Part shown: piece by piece, positions 45,981-55,270 of the stretch | Layout of the letters: each line of letters begins with the position of its first letter | How positions within the stretch are numbered: the stretch's first letter is position 1 | From: Candidatus Harrisonbacteria bacterium | Lineage (GTDB): Bacteria; Patescibacteriota; Minisyncoccia; UBA6257; UBA11618 | Assembly (NCBI GenBank): GCA_016867415.1 | Contig: VGJO01000002.1 | Coordinates: forward strand, 118,472-182,471 | Reading direction: 5' to 3' | Length of the DNA stretch: 64,000 nucleotides | Translations under genes and position numbers: made by a program | Notes under the pieces: model-generated | What the model was told of the DNA's origin: nothing | Databases searched by the model: none | What the model saw: only the letters and a program-made list of their open reading frames with translations

Positions 45981-47276
45981 TTATTTTTCTCTTACTATCT
46001 CTGCCCCCAACACCCTCAATCTCCCATCAATCTCGGCATACCCCCGATCGATTTCCTCTACCCCAGAAATTACTGACTCTCCCTCAGCAATCAAAGCTGC
46101 AATGAGATTCACCATCCCTGATCGCAAATCCCGCACCGTCGTCTCTACCGCAATAAGATTCGTCGGCCCTTCAATCACTGCCACATGCCGAAATCCTTTT
46201 CCACTATAGTGACATTCCTCCCCTTTCGGACACTCGGTCTTAATCTCTATCTTTGCTCCCATCGCAATAAGATCATCAGCGTAATGAAACCGATCTTCAT
46301 AGATCGTCTCATGCATCACCGATCTTCCCTTCGCCTGCGTAAGCAAGGCCACAAATGGCTGCTGCCAATCCGTCATAAAGCCCGGATGGGGCGCCGTCAT
46401 AATCTCCGTCCCGATAAGCTCCTTTGCCCGGAAAAAACGAATTCCTTCTTCCTTTACCTCATACTCTCCTCCTACTCGCCGAAATGCATTTAGAAAATTA
46501 ATAAGAGTATCTTGCCTTGCCCCTTTGGCAAAAATATCTCCATTAGTCGCCGCCGCAAGGCAAGCAAAAGATACTACCTCATTTCTGTCCGTGATCACCT
46601 CATGCGTCACGCCATGAAGTTTCTTTACCCCTTCAATAAAAATTTTCCGATCCACCCCCATTTCAATAATTGCTCCCATTTTCTGGAGCATCTTAATAAG
46701 TTCCATTATCTCTGGTTCTACCGCCGCTCCAGTAATTATCGTCTTTCCCGAAGCCAAAACTGCTGCTAAAAGAGTATTCTCAGTCGCTCCTACTGATGGA
46801 AATGAGAGATGAATCTCCGCTCCATGCAGACCCTCCAACGCCTCAGCGTAGTAGGTATGATCGCGCACCTCAATCCTTGCTCCTAGTTTTTGAAGCGCTT
46901 CGATATGCAAATTTACTGGCCTCGCCCCAATCTTATCCCCCCCCAAAAATGGCACTTCCACTCTTCCCACTCGAGCAAGAAGAGGCCCAAAAGCCAAAAT
47001 AGGGATTCGATTTCTCCGCGACAAAGTGAGCGCCTGAAAATTTTCTATTTTTTCCGTCCGAATCCGAAGACTATCTCCCTCGTGAATAATGTCACTCCCA
47101 AAAACACTCAAGAGTTCTTCGGTAATCTCAATATCCCCAATTTTAGGAAAATTATTCAGCACACATTCTTCATCAGTAAGAAGCGAAGCGATCATCATCT
47201 TCGTCGCCGCATTTTTCGCTCCAGAAATATTCGCCTCTCCCCTCAGCGCTTTTCCACCCCGAACCCTGAATTTCAT
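45981..47276 (-). CDS. murA: UDP-N-acetylglucosamine 1-carboxyvinyltransferase
   Basis: 431 aa; N-terminus KFRVRGGKALRGEANISGAKNA; typical two-domain EPT fold signature. Confidence 0.9.
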   Translation of the reverse strand: MKFRVRGGKALRGEANISGAKNAATKMMIASLLTDEECVLNNFPKIGDIEITEELLSVFGSDIIHEGDSLRIRTEKIENFQALTLSRRNRIPILAFGPLLARVGRVEVPFLGGDKIGARPVNLHIEALQKLGARIEVRDHTYYAEALEGLHGAEIHLSFPSVGATENTLLAAVLASGKTIITGAAVEPEIMELIKMLQKMGAIIEMGVDRKIFIEGVKKLHGVTHEVITDRNEVVSFACLAAATNGDIFAKGARQDTLINFLNAFRRVGGEYEVKEEGIRFFRAKELIGTEIMTAPHPGFMTDWQQPFVALLTQAKGRSVMHETIYEDRFHYADDLIAMGAKIEIKTECPKGEECHYSGKGFRHVAVIEGPTNLIAVETTVRDLRSGMVNLIAALIAEGESVISGVEEIDRGYAEIDGRLRVLGAEIVREK

Positions 47277-47505
47277 ATATTGTATGAATGTAACCTAAAA
47301 AAACCTTTCCGGCAATTTACGGCGTAGCTATAAGCATACTCGCTTCAATTTGCTCCACCTCTTGAAGCGATAAAATCAATCACACCAATCAAAATATCCG
47401 TACTCCCCGCTCTCTCCTCTTGAGAAAAATTCGCGCCGCCCACGTTGACCTCGATGAACCCCGATCAAAAAGCCATTTGTACTCAATATTCCGTATCCCC
47501 TTTCT

Positions 47506-48939
47506 TTAAGGGAATTGATGCAAAAAATCAAAAAAGTGGTAGATGGCAGGTGGCAGTATCGGTAGTAATGATTGCAGTAATAGTAGTGATAATGCAGGTG
47601 CAGGTGCAGGTGCAGGTGTAGGTGCAGGTGTAGGTGCAGGTGTAGGTGTAGATGTAGGTTCAGGTGTAGGTGTAGGTGTAGGAGTAGGTGTAGGAGTAGG
47701 TGTAGGAGTAGGAGGAGGAGCAGGAGGAGGAGCAGGAGGAGGAGGAGGAGGTGGAGGAGGAGGAGGAGGAGGTGGAGGTGGAGGTGGAGGTGGAGGTGGA
47801 GGAGGAGGTGGAGGTGGAGGTGGAGGTGGAGGAGGAGTAAGTTCAGTTGCATGAGGAGGTTCAGGTGTAGGTTCAGGTGTAGGTTCAAGTGTAGGTGAGC
47901 CGTCTACTAGGGCGCCGCCATCGCCGCCATTGCCGCGATTGCCGCCATCGCCACCATTGCCACCATTGCCACCATTGCCGCCATTGCCGCCATTGCCGCG
48001 ATTGCCGCCATTGCCGCCATCGCCGCCATTGCCGCCATCGCCTGTATTGCCTGTATTGTCTGTATTGCCTGTGAATCCAGTCAACTTTGAAATTTCATTT
48101 AATATTAGTTTACGTTCATCAGAATCTCTCAAAAATTTTTCGGCTATTTTTTCAATTTTCGCTTCTATTTCGGCTTGGCTTTTTGGTGACCAAGATTCAA
48201 TAGCGGCAGGCAAAGAACTGGCTTCAATAAAACTATCATTGATGAATACTGGCACTTCTTCTCTCCTTGATTCTCCTCCATACGCTTGGGCTGTTAACCT
48301 CCCCATTTCATTGTTCTTATTCGAAGCAAATCCCCGTTTCCATCCCAATTTTTGCTCTATCCATCTGACCACCCACTGCTCAAAGGATTCGGCCGCTGCC
48401 GCATTCGCCTGCAAGCTTGCGAATCGGACACCCACCGAATAACTCCCGAAAGTATAGTGGTAAAAAAACAATGTATCTTCATTTGTATCCGGATTAATTC
48501 CATTTTTCCCGTTTTGTGGATCAATCGGCAAAGCATCAATCTGAATCCCAGGAATCTGCCGAAAATCAATTGGTAGCCAACCACTTCCATCAATCTGCGT
48601 AAGTCGCTCTTTTGGCACACATCGGTAATCATACCCCTCCGCTAATTGAAGCAAACCCCGATCTCTCCAATAGCCACAAGTCGGATCATCATCTGGTAAG
48701 GAAACATAGACAAGCCGCCGCTCCCCTAAAAGAGCATATTGAGCCTGCTCATCTATAAAGCTAATAAGTTGAGAAAGAAACTTAAGATCTTTATTGCGTT
48801 GCCGATCTACCTGAAAACGAAAAAATTCCAAAGGATTAATCGTCACCGAAAATACCCCTGCAATAAGAAAAAAAGACACCCCGATAAGCAAGGCTTTCAC
48901 CGGAAAAGATAAACGCTCGAGCCTCTGCATGAGCTCCAT
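47506..48939 (-). CDS. Membrane-anchored/secreted hypothetical protein with GN-rich, poly-Pro (34 P) and (TP)n tail
   Basis: 477 aa; N-terminal TM ALLIGVSFFLIAGVF; ~300-aa globular region; then GNGGNGGDGG repeats, P34 run, TPTPTP repeats, hydrophobic C-terminus. Confidence 0.65.
   Translation of the reverse strand: MELMQRLERLSFPVKALLIGVSFFLIAGVFSVTINPLEFFRFQVDRQRNKDLKFLSQLISFIDEQAQYALLGERRLVYVSLPDDDPTCGYWRDRGLLQLAEGYDYRCVPKERLTQIDGSGWLPIDFRQIPGIQIDALPIDPQNGKNGINPDTNEDTLFFYHYTFGSYSVGVRFASLQANAAAAESFEQWVVRWIEQKLGWKRGFASNKNNEMGRLTAQAYGGESRREEVPVFINDSFIEASSLPAAIESWSPKSQAEIEAKIEKIAEKFLRDSDERKLILNEISKLTGFTGNTDNTGNTGDGGNGGDGGNGGNRGNGGNGGNGGNGGNGGDGGNRGNGGDGGALVDGSPTLEPTPEPTPEPPHATELTPPPPPPPPPPPPPPPPPPPPPPPPPPPPPPPPPPAPPPAPPPTPTPTPTPTPTPTPTPEPTSTPTPAPTPAPTPAPAPAPALSLLLLQSLLPILPPAIYHFFDFLHQFP
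47594..48062. repeat. Coding simple-sequence repeats (hexamer ggtgca/ggtgta, trimer gga/ggt, nonamer gccgccatt)
   Basis: Visible runs caggtgcaggtgcaggtgtagg..., ggaggaggaggtggaggtgg..., gccattgccgccattgccgcgattgcc... Confidence 0.9.
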
Positions 48940-48962
48940 AAAAAAAGTATATCACTAAAAAA

Positions 48963-49385
48963 TTATTTATTCTCCACAAACGCCTTCTTTCTAGGCCAAA
49001 AAAAACTAAAAAATACGAGCGCACCAGAAAGATCATTCATGAAATCAGTCATAGTGTCCGGCAAGCCTGGCTGAAGAAAATGTTTTTGTAAATAAAGATC
49101 GCCTAGGAATTCATACCCTTCCCACAGCACCGAAAAAAGCGCCACAAATGAGAGACCAAAAAAAAGCCGCAACCACGGCTTCCCTAAAGTCTCAGCAATT
49201 CCAGTCCGATAGATAAAAAAATCAAAAAGAGATGCAAGCCATACCCCTCCTGAAAAGTGTAAAATATTATCTGTCCAAAGTGATTGGAAATGCCAGCCAA
49301 AATAAAGCGTCAACCAAAAACCAAAAACTAAGACAAAAGAGAAAAGAGCGGCCCTTCGGGCCGTCACTTTTATCGCTTGCTCCAC
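48963..49385 (-). CDS. Polytopic membrane hypothetical protein
   Basis: 140 aa; 3-4 predicted TM helices; 16-nt overlap with rpsI. Confidence 0.45.
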   Translation of the reverse strand: MEQAIKVTARRAALFSFVLVFGFWLTLYFGWHFQSLWTDNILHFSGGVWLASLFDFFIYRTGIAETLGKPWLRLFFGLSFVALFSVLWEGYEFLGDLYLQKHFLQPGLPDTMTDFMNDLSGALVFFSFFWPRKKAFVENK

Positions 49386-49768
49386 TGCGGAGCACGCCGG
49401 GCCTTCTTAAGACCAGGCTTCTTTCTTTCCACCATTCGCGAATCTCTGGTGAGAAAGCCTAGTTTCCGTAATCGCTTCCGATATTCTTCGTTATGCCGGA
49501 CAAGCGCTCTCGAGATAGCATGTCGCACCGCCTCCGCCTGAGCCGTCAATCCCCCACCCATCACTTTCACTGAAGCTCCTATCTGATCTGCTATATGAAG
49601 CCCCGCAAGAGCTTGTCCAGCAATAGATCGCTGACCGTCAGTTTTAAAATAGTCTTTGACAGACTTTCCATTAATAGTAATCGCCGTCTCTTTCATGAGT
49701 AAGCGGGCCCGCGCCGACGCGGTCTTTCTTCGTCCCACTCCTTCCACATATCGTTCCTTAGTCTTCAT
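49370..49768 (-). CDS. rpsI: 30S ribosomal protein S9
   Basis: 132 aa; C-terminal LTRDSRMVERKKPGLKKARRAPQWSKR signature. Confidence 0.92.
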   Translation of the reverse strand: MKTKERYVEGVGRRKTASARARLLMKETAITINGKSVKDYFKTDGQRSIAGQALAGLHIADQIGASVKVMGGGLTAQAEAVRHAISRALVRHNEEYRKRLRKLGFLTRDSRMVERKKPGLKKARRAPQWSKR

Positions 49769-49794
49769 AGTCTTTTGCTAAATAAATAAAAAAA

Positions 49795-50145
49795 TTAATT
49801 AGTGACCGATAAATTAGCCATCATTTTTCGACGAAGAGAATTCTTTGGAAGCATATTAAATACCGCTCGCCGCAAGACCCATTCTGGTGATTTTTCCATC
49901 GCCTGCTTTAAAGTCTTTTCCTTTAAGTGACCCATGTAGCCAGTATGTTTATAGTAGATCTTCTGGTCATATTTCTTACCAGAAAAATCCATCTTGCTAG
50001 CATTCATCACCACCACTTTTTCTGTCCCTGGTCGTTCGTGAGTATAGTCCGGTCGGTGCTTGCCCTGCAAAAGTACGGCAATCTCCGAAGCCAATCGTCC
50101 GAGTCTCTTTGCCGAAGCATCCAAGTTGTGAGTCTTTTTTTCCAT
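49795..50145 (-). CDS. rplM: 50S ribosomal protein L13
   Basis: 116 aa; L13 family (DASAKRLGRLASEIAVLLQGKH...YKHTGY.G). Confidence 0.88.
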   Translation of the reverse strand: MEKKTHNLDASAKRLGRLASEIAVLLQGKHRPDYTHERPGTEKVVVMNASKMDFSGKKYDQKIYYKHTGYMGHLKEKTLKQAMEKSPEWVLRRAVFNMLPKNSLRRKMMANLSVTN

Positions 50146-50150
50146 AATTA

Positions 50151-50498
50151 TTATTTCACGAGTTCAATTACCGCAAGCTTTGCCGCATCCCGCTTTCTCC
50201 GCTCGCCTAATTTCACAATTCGGGTATAGCCGCCATTTCGCTCTTTATACTTCGGAGCAATTTCATAAAAAAGCTTCTCCGCTGCCTCCTTGCTATTAAG
50301 CCGGGAAATAGCCAATCGAAGATCACTCACCCGATTCCGTCGAGTAATAGTGACGAGTCGCTCAAAAAGCGGCCGCACAAAGCGAGCTCGATCCTCCGTC
50401 GTCTTCATTTTGCCATGCATGATCAAATTTACCGCTAAATTGCGAATAAACGACCGCCGCATACCCTTCTTTCTATGAAATTTCTTAACTAAAGCCAT
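50151..50498 (-). CDS. rplQ: 50S ribosomal protein L17
   Basis: 115 aa; HRKKGMRRSFIRNLAVNLIMHGKMKTT aligns with L17 N-terminus; follows rpoA. Confidence 0.88.
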   Translation of the reverse strand: MALVKKFHRKKGMRRSFIRNLAVNLIMHGKMKTTEDRARFVRPLFERLVTITRRNRVSDLRLAISRLNSKEAAEKLFYEIAPKYKERNGGYTRIVKLGERRKRDAAKLAVIELVK

Positions 50499-50583
50499 AC
50501 CAAAATAAATGTTTACAAATTCTACTATAACCCAAACAAAAAATCAATACTAAAAATTTTCAAAATAAAAGCATTATTTCATC

Positions 50584-50805
50584 ACGCTAGCACCCAGCAT
50601 AAGCGAAGTAATTTTGAGCTTATTTTCGTTCTTCTTTTCTAAAAAGGTACCGGAGCATACTACAGGAAGTATGTGAGGAACGTTTTTAGAAAAAAGGATG
50701 AGCCTCCACTACTACTAGATAAACAAAGAAAAAGAAGAAACAGAATAATCAGTAGAAGAGAGATAAGGTCGGCTACACGAGCGAAAGAAGCCAAAAATAC
50801 GAGCG
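50584..50805 (+). repeat. Family A repeat copy R7 carrying a ~100-nt nested insertion (GAGCCTCCAC motif)
   Basis: acgctagcacccagcataagcgaagtaattttgag...ggagcatactacaggaagtatgtgagg... then atgagcctccactactactag...aatcagtagaag... then gccaaaaatacgagcg; rpoA stop 50812-50814. Confidence 0.7.
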
Positions 50806-50811
50806 TTCTCT

Positions 50812-51573
50812 TTACTTCTTTTTTTCTTTCTTCGAAGAAGAAACCGAAGAAGATGTAATTTCAAAGAGAGAAATCTTTTGGAAGTGTTCTTGGAGCACCG
50901 TACACGCCTTGTGCAATGCCTCCGAAGGACTCGTCGAACCATCCGTCTCAATCTGAATCAAGACTTTATTATAGTCTGTCCGATCCCCTACCCGCATGTT
51001 CTGCACGGTAAAATTAGCCTTAATAATCGGAGAAAAAATTGCATCCAAGACAATCACCCCCACTGGCAGCTTTTCAGTCTTCATTGATTCCGCAGTTCGA
51101 TAACCCAAGCCATTTTCTACGGTAATTTCCATATCAAGCTCCGCTGATTTATTCGACAATTGAGCGATATGCGCCTCCGGATTAATCACTTCGACTTCGG
51201 AATTAACCTTTATGTCCCCTGCAGTCACTTCCTTTTCTCCTTTTACTTTAAGAGATAAGACCTGTGGCTCTTCCGAATGAAGCGTAAATCGAATTTTCTT
51301 AAGATTAAGCAAAAGCTCTACCACATCCTCTACCATGCCTGGTAAAGTAGAAAACTCATGATTAACATCCTTTAACTTTATTCGGGTAATCGCCGCGCCC
51401 TTCAAAGAAGAATAAAGTACTCGCCGCAAAGCGCTACCAATCGTAATCCCATATCCGGTATAGAGGCCTTCAATCTCAAACTCACCCGTAGTGGCCGTCT
51501 CTTTGACCTTTTTTATCTGTAATGCCTCGGAAATATTTGTTATTTTCATGTATTCTGAATCCTTATAGAGCAA
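50812..51573 (-). CDS. rpoA: DNA-directed RNA polymerase alpha subunit, N-terminal domain only (253 aa)
   Basis: alpha-NTD motifs GYGITIGSALRRVLYSSL, TRIKLKDVNHEFSTLPG; ends in SSSVSSSKKEKKK without a recognisable alpha-CTD. Confidence 0.85.
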   Translation of the reverse strand: MLYKDSEYMKITNISEALQIKKVKETATTGEFEIEGLYTGYGITIGSALRRVLYSSLKGAAITRIKLKDVNHEFSTLPGMVEDVVELLLNLKKIRFTLHSEEPQVLSLKVKGEKEVTAGDIKVNSEVEVINPEAHIAQLSNKSAELDMEITVENGLGYRTAESMKTEKLPVGVIVLDAIFSPIIKANFTVQNMRVGDRTDYNKVLIQIETDGSTSPSEALHKACTVLQEHFQKISLFEITSSSVSSSKKEKKK

Positions 51574-51635
51574 GATAATCTCAAGCTCACAGGAACATTG
51601 CTTTTATATTCAGACTATTTATATTAAAGAATAAA

Positions 51636-52250
51636 CTATTTTGCGTAATAGTCAACAACGATGTTTATCTCAAATGGAGATTCCACATCTTTTGGCTTTG
51701 CCGTTACCTTACCCTGAAGCTTATCTTTATCAATTTCCAGCCACACTGGTGCCTCATGCCGCTTAATAGTATTTGGGAGATCGGCAAATAAAGGGTGAGT
51801 CTTTGATTGTTCTCTAATAGCCACTATATCCCCCACCTTCATTTCTCGGGAAGGAATAGTCACTTTCCGTCCATTTACCGTAATATGACCATGAGAAACA
51901 AGTTGTCTTGCAATTGCTCGTGAAGCAGCAAGACCCAAGCGATAGATAACATTGTCTAATCGGCTTTCCAAAAGCTGCAAGATCGCCACGCTGGTCGACA
52001 TCTTGGATTTATTTGCCCTGAAAAACAAATTTTTCAAATATGTCTCAGAAATTCCATAGGTATAGCGAATCTTCTGCTTTTCCATGAGCTGAAGACCCGT
52101 TTCCGACAATGCCTTTCTCCGAGCCTTGCCATGCATACCGGGTCGAAAAGGCCGTTTGGCCATCGCCGACTTTGGCGTCGCGCTCCGATAAGCCTTTAGA
52201 CCAAGTTTTACTCCGAGCGCTCGTTCTATCTTTTCTTTAGTAGTAAACAT
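51636..52250 (-). CDS. rpsD: 30S ribosomal protein S4
   Basis: 204 aa; S4 domain LESRLDNVIYRLGLAASRAIARQLVSHGHITVNGRKV. Confidence 0.92.
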   Translation of the reverse strand: MFTTKEKIERALGVKLGLKAYRSATPKSAMAKRPFRPGMHGKARRKALSETGLQLMEKQKIRYTYGISETYLKNLFFRANKSKMSTSVAILQLLESRLDNVIYRLGLAASRAIARQLVSHGHITVNGRKVTIPSREMKVGDIVAIREQSKTHPLFADLPNTIKRHEAPVWLEIDKDKLQGKVTAKPKDVESPFEINIVVDYYAK

Positions 52251-52256
52251 AAAAAA

Positions 52257-52706
52257 TTAAATTTTTCTAGCTTTCTTTGGCTTAGGACCATTATGTGGAA
52301 TAGGAGTGACATCTTTAATTCCTAAAATAGTAAAACCATTATTAAGCAAAGATCGCACTGCGGAGTCTCTACCACCACCCACACCATTCACATAGACCGT
52401 CACATTAAACGGGCCGGACTTCTTAAGCTTTTCCGCAATCGCCGCAATAATCTTACTTGCCGCAAATGGCGTCGCCTTCTTTGGTCCAGAAAATCCCAAG
52501 GAGCCTGCTGATGCCCAAGCAATTACATTCCCTTTGGCGTCCGTGACCGTAATATGAGTATTATTGTAAGAAGCTTTGATGTATACTCGGCCTTCCTCCA
52601 CCTTTGAAGAAACGCTCTTTGCCATTTTGACCATAGCGGTCTCAACAGCCTCACCTTGCTTTAACACCTCTTCCTGACTTTCTGCTGCTACTTTTTTCTT
52701 TCCCAT
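52257..52706 (-). CDS. rpsK: 30S ribosomal protein S11
   Basis: 149 aa; C-terminus ...GIKDVTPIPHNGPKPKKARK typical of S11. Confidence 0.92.
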   Translation of the reverse strand: MGKKKVAAESQEEVLKQGEAVETAMVKMAKSVSSKVEEGRVYIKASYNNTHITVTDAKGNVIAWASAGSLGFSGPKKATPFAASKIIAAIAEKLKKSGPFNVTVYVNGVGGGRDSAVRSLLNNGFTILGIKDVTPIPHNGPKPKKARKI

Positions 52707-52717
52707 ATATAAAATCG

Positions 52718-53101
52718 TTACTTAAGATCAACTTTTCTCTTACCCGATCCGGCCGTCTTACGCACATTACCCCGCACCGTTCTCGAATTGGTCTTCGTTC
52801 GCTGACCGTGCACCGGCAACTTTCTCATGTGTCGAAGACCTCGATACGCCCCAATTTCTTTTAAGAGCTGGACATTCTGCCGAATCTGTAATCGAAGCTC
52901 TCCCTCTACTTTATAATTTTTTTCAATATATTCCTTAAGAAGTCCCACTTCGTTTGCCGCTAAATCTTTAGCTCGCTTATTTGGATCTATCTTTGTTGCT
53001 TGTAAAATTTCCCGAGCGGCAGTAAAACCCACACCGTAAATATAGGGTAATGCCCGCTCAATTCTCTTATTATCCGGAATATTGATACCAAGAAGTCTCA
53101 T
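52718..53101 (-). CDS. rpsM: 30S ribosomal protein S13
   Basis: 127 aa; MRLLGINIPDNKRIERALPYIYGVG typical S13 start. Confidence 0.92.
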   Translation of the reverse strand: MRLLGINIPDNKRIERALPYIYGVGFTAAREILQATKIDPNKRAKDLAANEVGLLKEYIEKNYKVEGELRLQIRQNVQLLKEIGAYRGLRHMRKLPVHGQRTKTNSRTVRGNVRKTAGSGKRKVDLK

Positions 53102-53108
53102 AATTTAT

Positions 53109-53222
53109 TTAGCCTTGTCGCTGTTTGTGCTTAGGCGTCTTGCAGATCACAAAAACTCTTCCTCCTCTGCGGACGGTCTTACAATGCAAACATCTCTTTT
53201 TTACCGAAGATTGTACCTTCAT
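53109..53222 (-). CDS. rpmJ: 50S ribosomal protein L36
   Basis: Not in ORF track (37 aa); hand-translated [37 protein letters not shown] between infA and rpsM, with C..C...C..H zinc ribbon. Confidence 0.8.
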   Translation of the reverse strand: MKVQSSVKKRCLHCKTVRRGGRVFVICKTPKHKQRQG

Positions 53223-53230
53223 AAATATAT

Positions 53231-53449
53231 TTATAATCGTCGCGTAATTCGCCCGCGATCAACGTCATATGGAGTCATCTCCACCTGCACCTTATCTCCA
53301 GGCAATACTTTTATATAATGCATGCGCATTTTGCCTGAAAGATGAGCCAAAATCAAGCGCCCATCCTCAAGCTCTACCCGGAAATTAGTTCCCGGAAGAT
53401 TTTCAAGAACAGTTCCCGAAACTTTTATGACGTTATTATCTTGAGTCAT
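53231..53449 (-). CDS. infA: Translation initiation factor IF-1
   Basis: 72 aa; S1-like OB fold [43 protein letters not shown]. Confidence 0.92.
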   Translation of the reverse strand: MTQDNNVIKVSGTVLENLPGTNFRVELEDGRLILAHLSGKMRMHYIKVLPGDKVQVEMTPYDVDRGRITRRL

Positions 53450-53522
53450 TAGAAACCCCTATGTATAACAGCTAAAAAGCCGTAAAAACATGTAAGAGAA
53501 AGTCTAACATAGCCCACTCCTG

Positions 53523-55220
53523 CTAGTCAACAGTGACATGTATCTTTTCAGGAGCCATCGGCGCTGATCCCGCCCAAATTGGGAAAAAAGAGATATCTGC
53601 TTTCTTAAGGCCTGGAATAGCTAAAATCATTGCTTGTAATTCCGCCTCATTCTTACCTACTAACATCTTTCTTACTGATTGAGGATCAATCACCTGTTCT
53701 GCCTTCGCCGTAAATACTGTATTAAGCTTAATTCTCTGCAAGGAAGGATCGCTTGCTTCAGCCATCGAATAGGTAAGAGTATGACTCTTTAATCTCCACC
53801 CCTCTCCAAGACCAGTAAGAGTTTTCGTCTCAAGGAGTTTCGAAAGATCTACTTCCTTAAAAGCTAAGATCTGCATCTCGCCTTCAAAGAAGGCGGCAAA
53901 CTTTCCCACCTCTCTCGACTCTGATTTAATCACTTCCTTCGTCAAGAAAAACTTTTCTGCATTTGGTAAGACTGTATAGCCTTTTGGAATCTGTTTGGAT
54001 AATTCAAGAGAAAGAGCCTGCCGAAAAGCATTTGTCACCTGCTCTCGAGCCTTAGCCATATCTTGGTCCGTAGGATATGCGATTTCTCCCATAAATCCTC
54101 CTGCTAATTGATTTCGAAGCTCTCCATAAAAACCAGCGTACTTTTCAGGAAATTGTTTGAATCCAGGAATAGTAAGTTTAGCCACAGGACCAATGTTGTA
54201 CTCCGCTCCCGCCTTGTCAGCAATCACTTCCGCTTCCGTAAGCGAAGGGGTTATCTTGCCATTTACAATTTTTGCCCCCGGCACAGTCACCGCCTCCGTC
54301 AAGCGAAAAATCTTTCCATCCTTCTCAAATCGAGTATTTTTAACAAGTGGCTGAGCTTCCGAACTGTACGCGTTATAAATATAAATCCTTCCTTTTGATT
54401 TTTCCGCTACCTGCTTCTTGGAAGATGCCGAAAAAAGAAATTCCCCATTCTTTGTCTTGGAAAAAATCTCTCCTGGCACCTCCCCAGGAATCGCCTGGCC
54501 CACTCCTACTATCATCTTTTCATTCAAAGTAATCTCCTTTTTCTTGGTAGTAATCGCAATCGTTGCTTGCTTGAAGTATTCTGTGCCATAGATCCCTAAT
54601 CCTAGGATTGCTATGAGTCCCAAAAGCACCTTCGTCACTGCCGCCACTGGAAACTTTCCCGGCTTTGTCTCCCGTGGCGCATACGCTCGCGAGAGACCCT
54701 CTTCTGCCTGCAAAAAAACATCATCTCCCACCCGCTCCCCATATGTCTTTGGCCGGGCAACTCCAGCATATACTTCTTCCTCTTCAGTCTCCTCTCCTAC
54801 TTCCTCTTCTTCCTCAGCTTCTTCTTCCGCTTCTCCGTCAGAATCCGGAGTCGGCGAATCTGGCTTCGGCTCTCCCACACCTTCCTCATCCTCTTCTTCG
54901 TCTCTGTAGCCCATTCCCGTCATCTTCGGCGCCACCTCTCCATTTTCTTTCTCTTTTTCAAAAAAAGGATTATAGGCTTTAAGACCCAAATCCCGAGCAT
55001 GAGCAAGGATCTTTTCATCCACCGATTCAATCGATAATTCAATAGAAAGAGTCTTTGCCCCCTCCTGTAAAAAAGCTAAAGCCGCGATCTTTGGATTAGC
55101 AATCTCCGCTCCTTTTGGTACTACGAGCACCAACTCTCCTTTTTGAGCAGCAAAGACTCGCGCCGCAACCTCCGGAAGTTTCTCCTTTTTCCCAACCTCA
55201 ATTCGTACTCGTTCCTTCAT
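53523..55220 (-). CDS. Bitopic membrane hypothetical protein (cytoplasmic N-domain, acidic linker, one TM, ~350-aa extracytoplasmic domain)
   Basis: 565 aa; acidic stretch DEEEDEEGVGE...EAEEEAEEEEEVGEETEEEE; TM VAAVTKVLLGLIAILGLGIY; no known motif. Confidence 0.55.
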   Translation of the reverse strand: MKERVRIEVGKKEKLPEVAARVFAAQKGELVLVVPKGAEIANPKIAALAFLQEGAKTLSIELSIESVDEKILAHARDLGLKAYNPFFEKEKENGEVAPKMTGMGYRDEEEDEEGVGEPKPDSPTPDSDGEAEEEAEEEEEVGEETEEEEVYAGVARPKTYGERVGDDVFLQAEEGLSRAYAPRETKPGKFPVAAVTKVLLGLIAILGLGIYGTEYFKQATIAITTKKKEITLNEKMIVGVGQAIPGEVPGEIFSKTKNGEFLFSASSKKQVAEKSKGRIYIYNAYSSEAQPLVKNTRFEKDGKIFRLTEAVTVPGAKIVNGKITPSLTEAEVIADKAGAEYNIGPVAKLTIPGFKQFPEKYAGFYGELRNQLAGGFMGEIAYPTDQDMAKAREQVTNAFRQALSLELSKQIPKGYTVLPNAEKFFLTKEVIKSESREVGKFAAFFEGEMQILAFKEVDLSKLLETKTLTGLGEGWRLKSHTLTYSMAEASDPSLQRIKLNTVFTAKAEQVIDPQSVRKMLVGKNEAELQAMILAIPGLKKADISFFPIWAGSAPMAPEKIHVTVD

Positions 55221-55270
55221 ATTATAATTATATATTTCTTCTAAAAATCTGTAAGAGCTTCAGCTTTGGA

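Noticed and set aside
47376-47888. 170-aa ORF made of HLHL/LLLL repeats
   Set aside because: It is an alternative reading frame of the simple-sequence repeats inside the 47506..48939 gene; low-complexity artefact.
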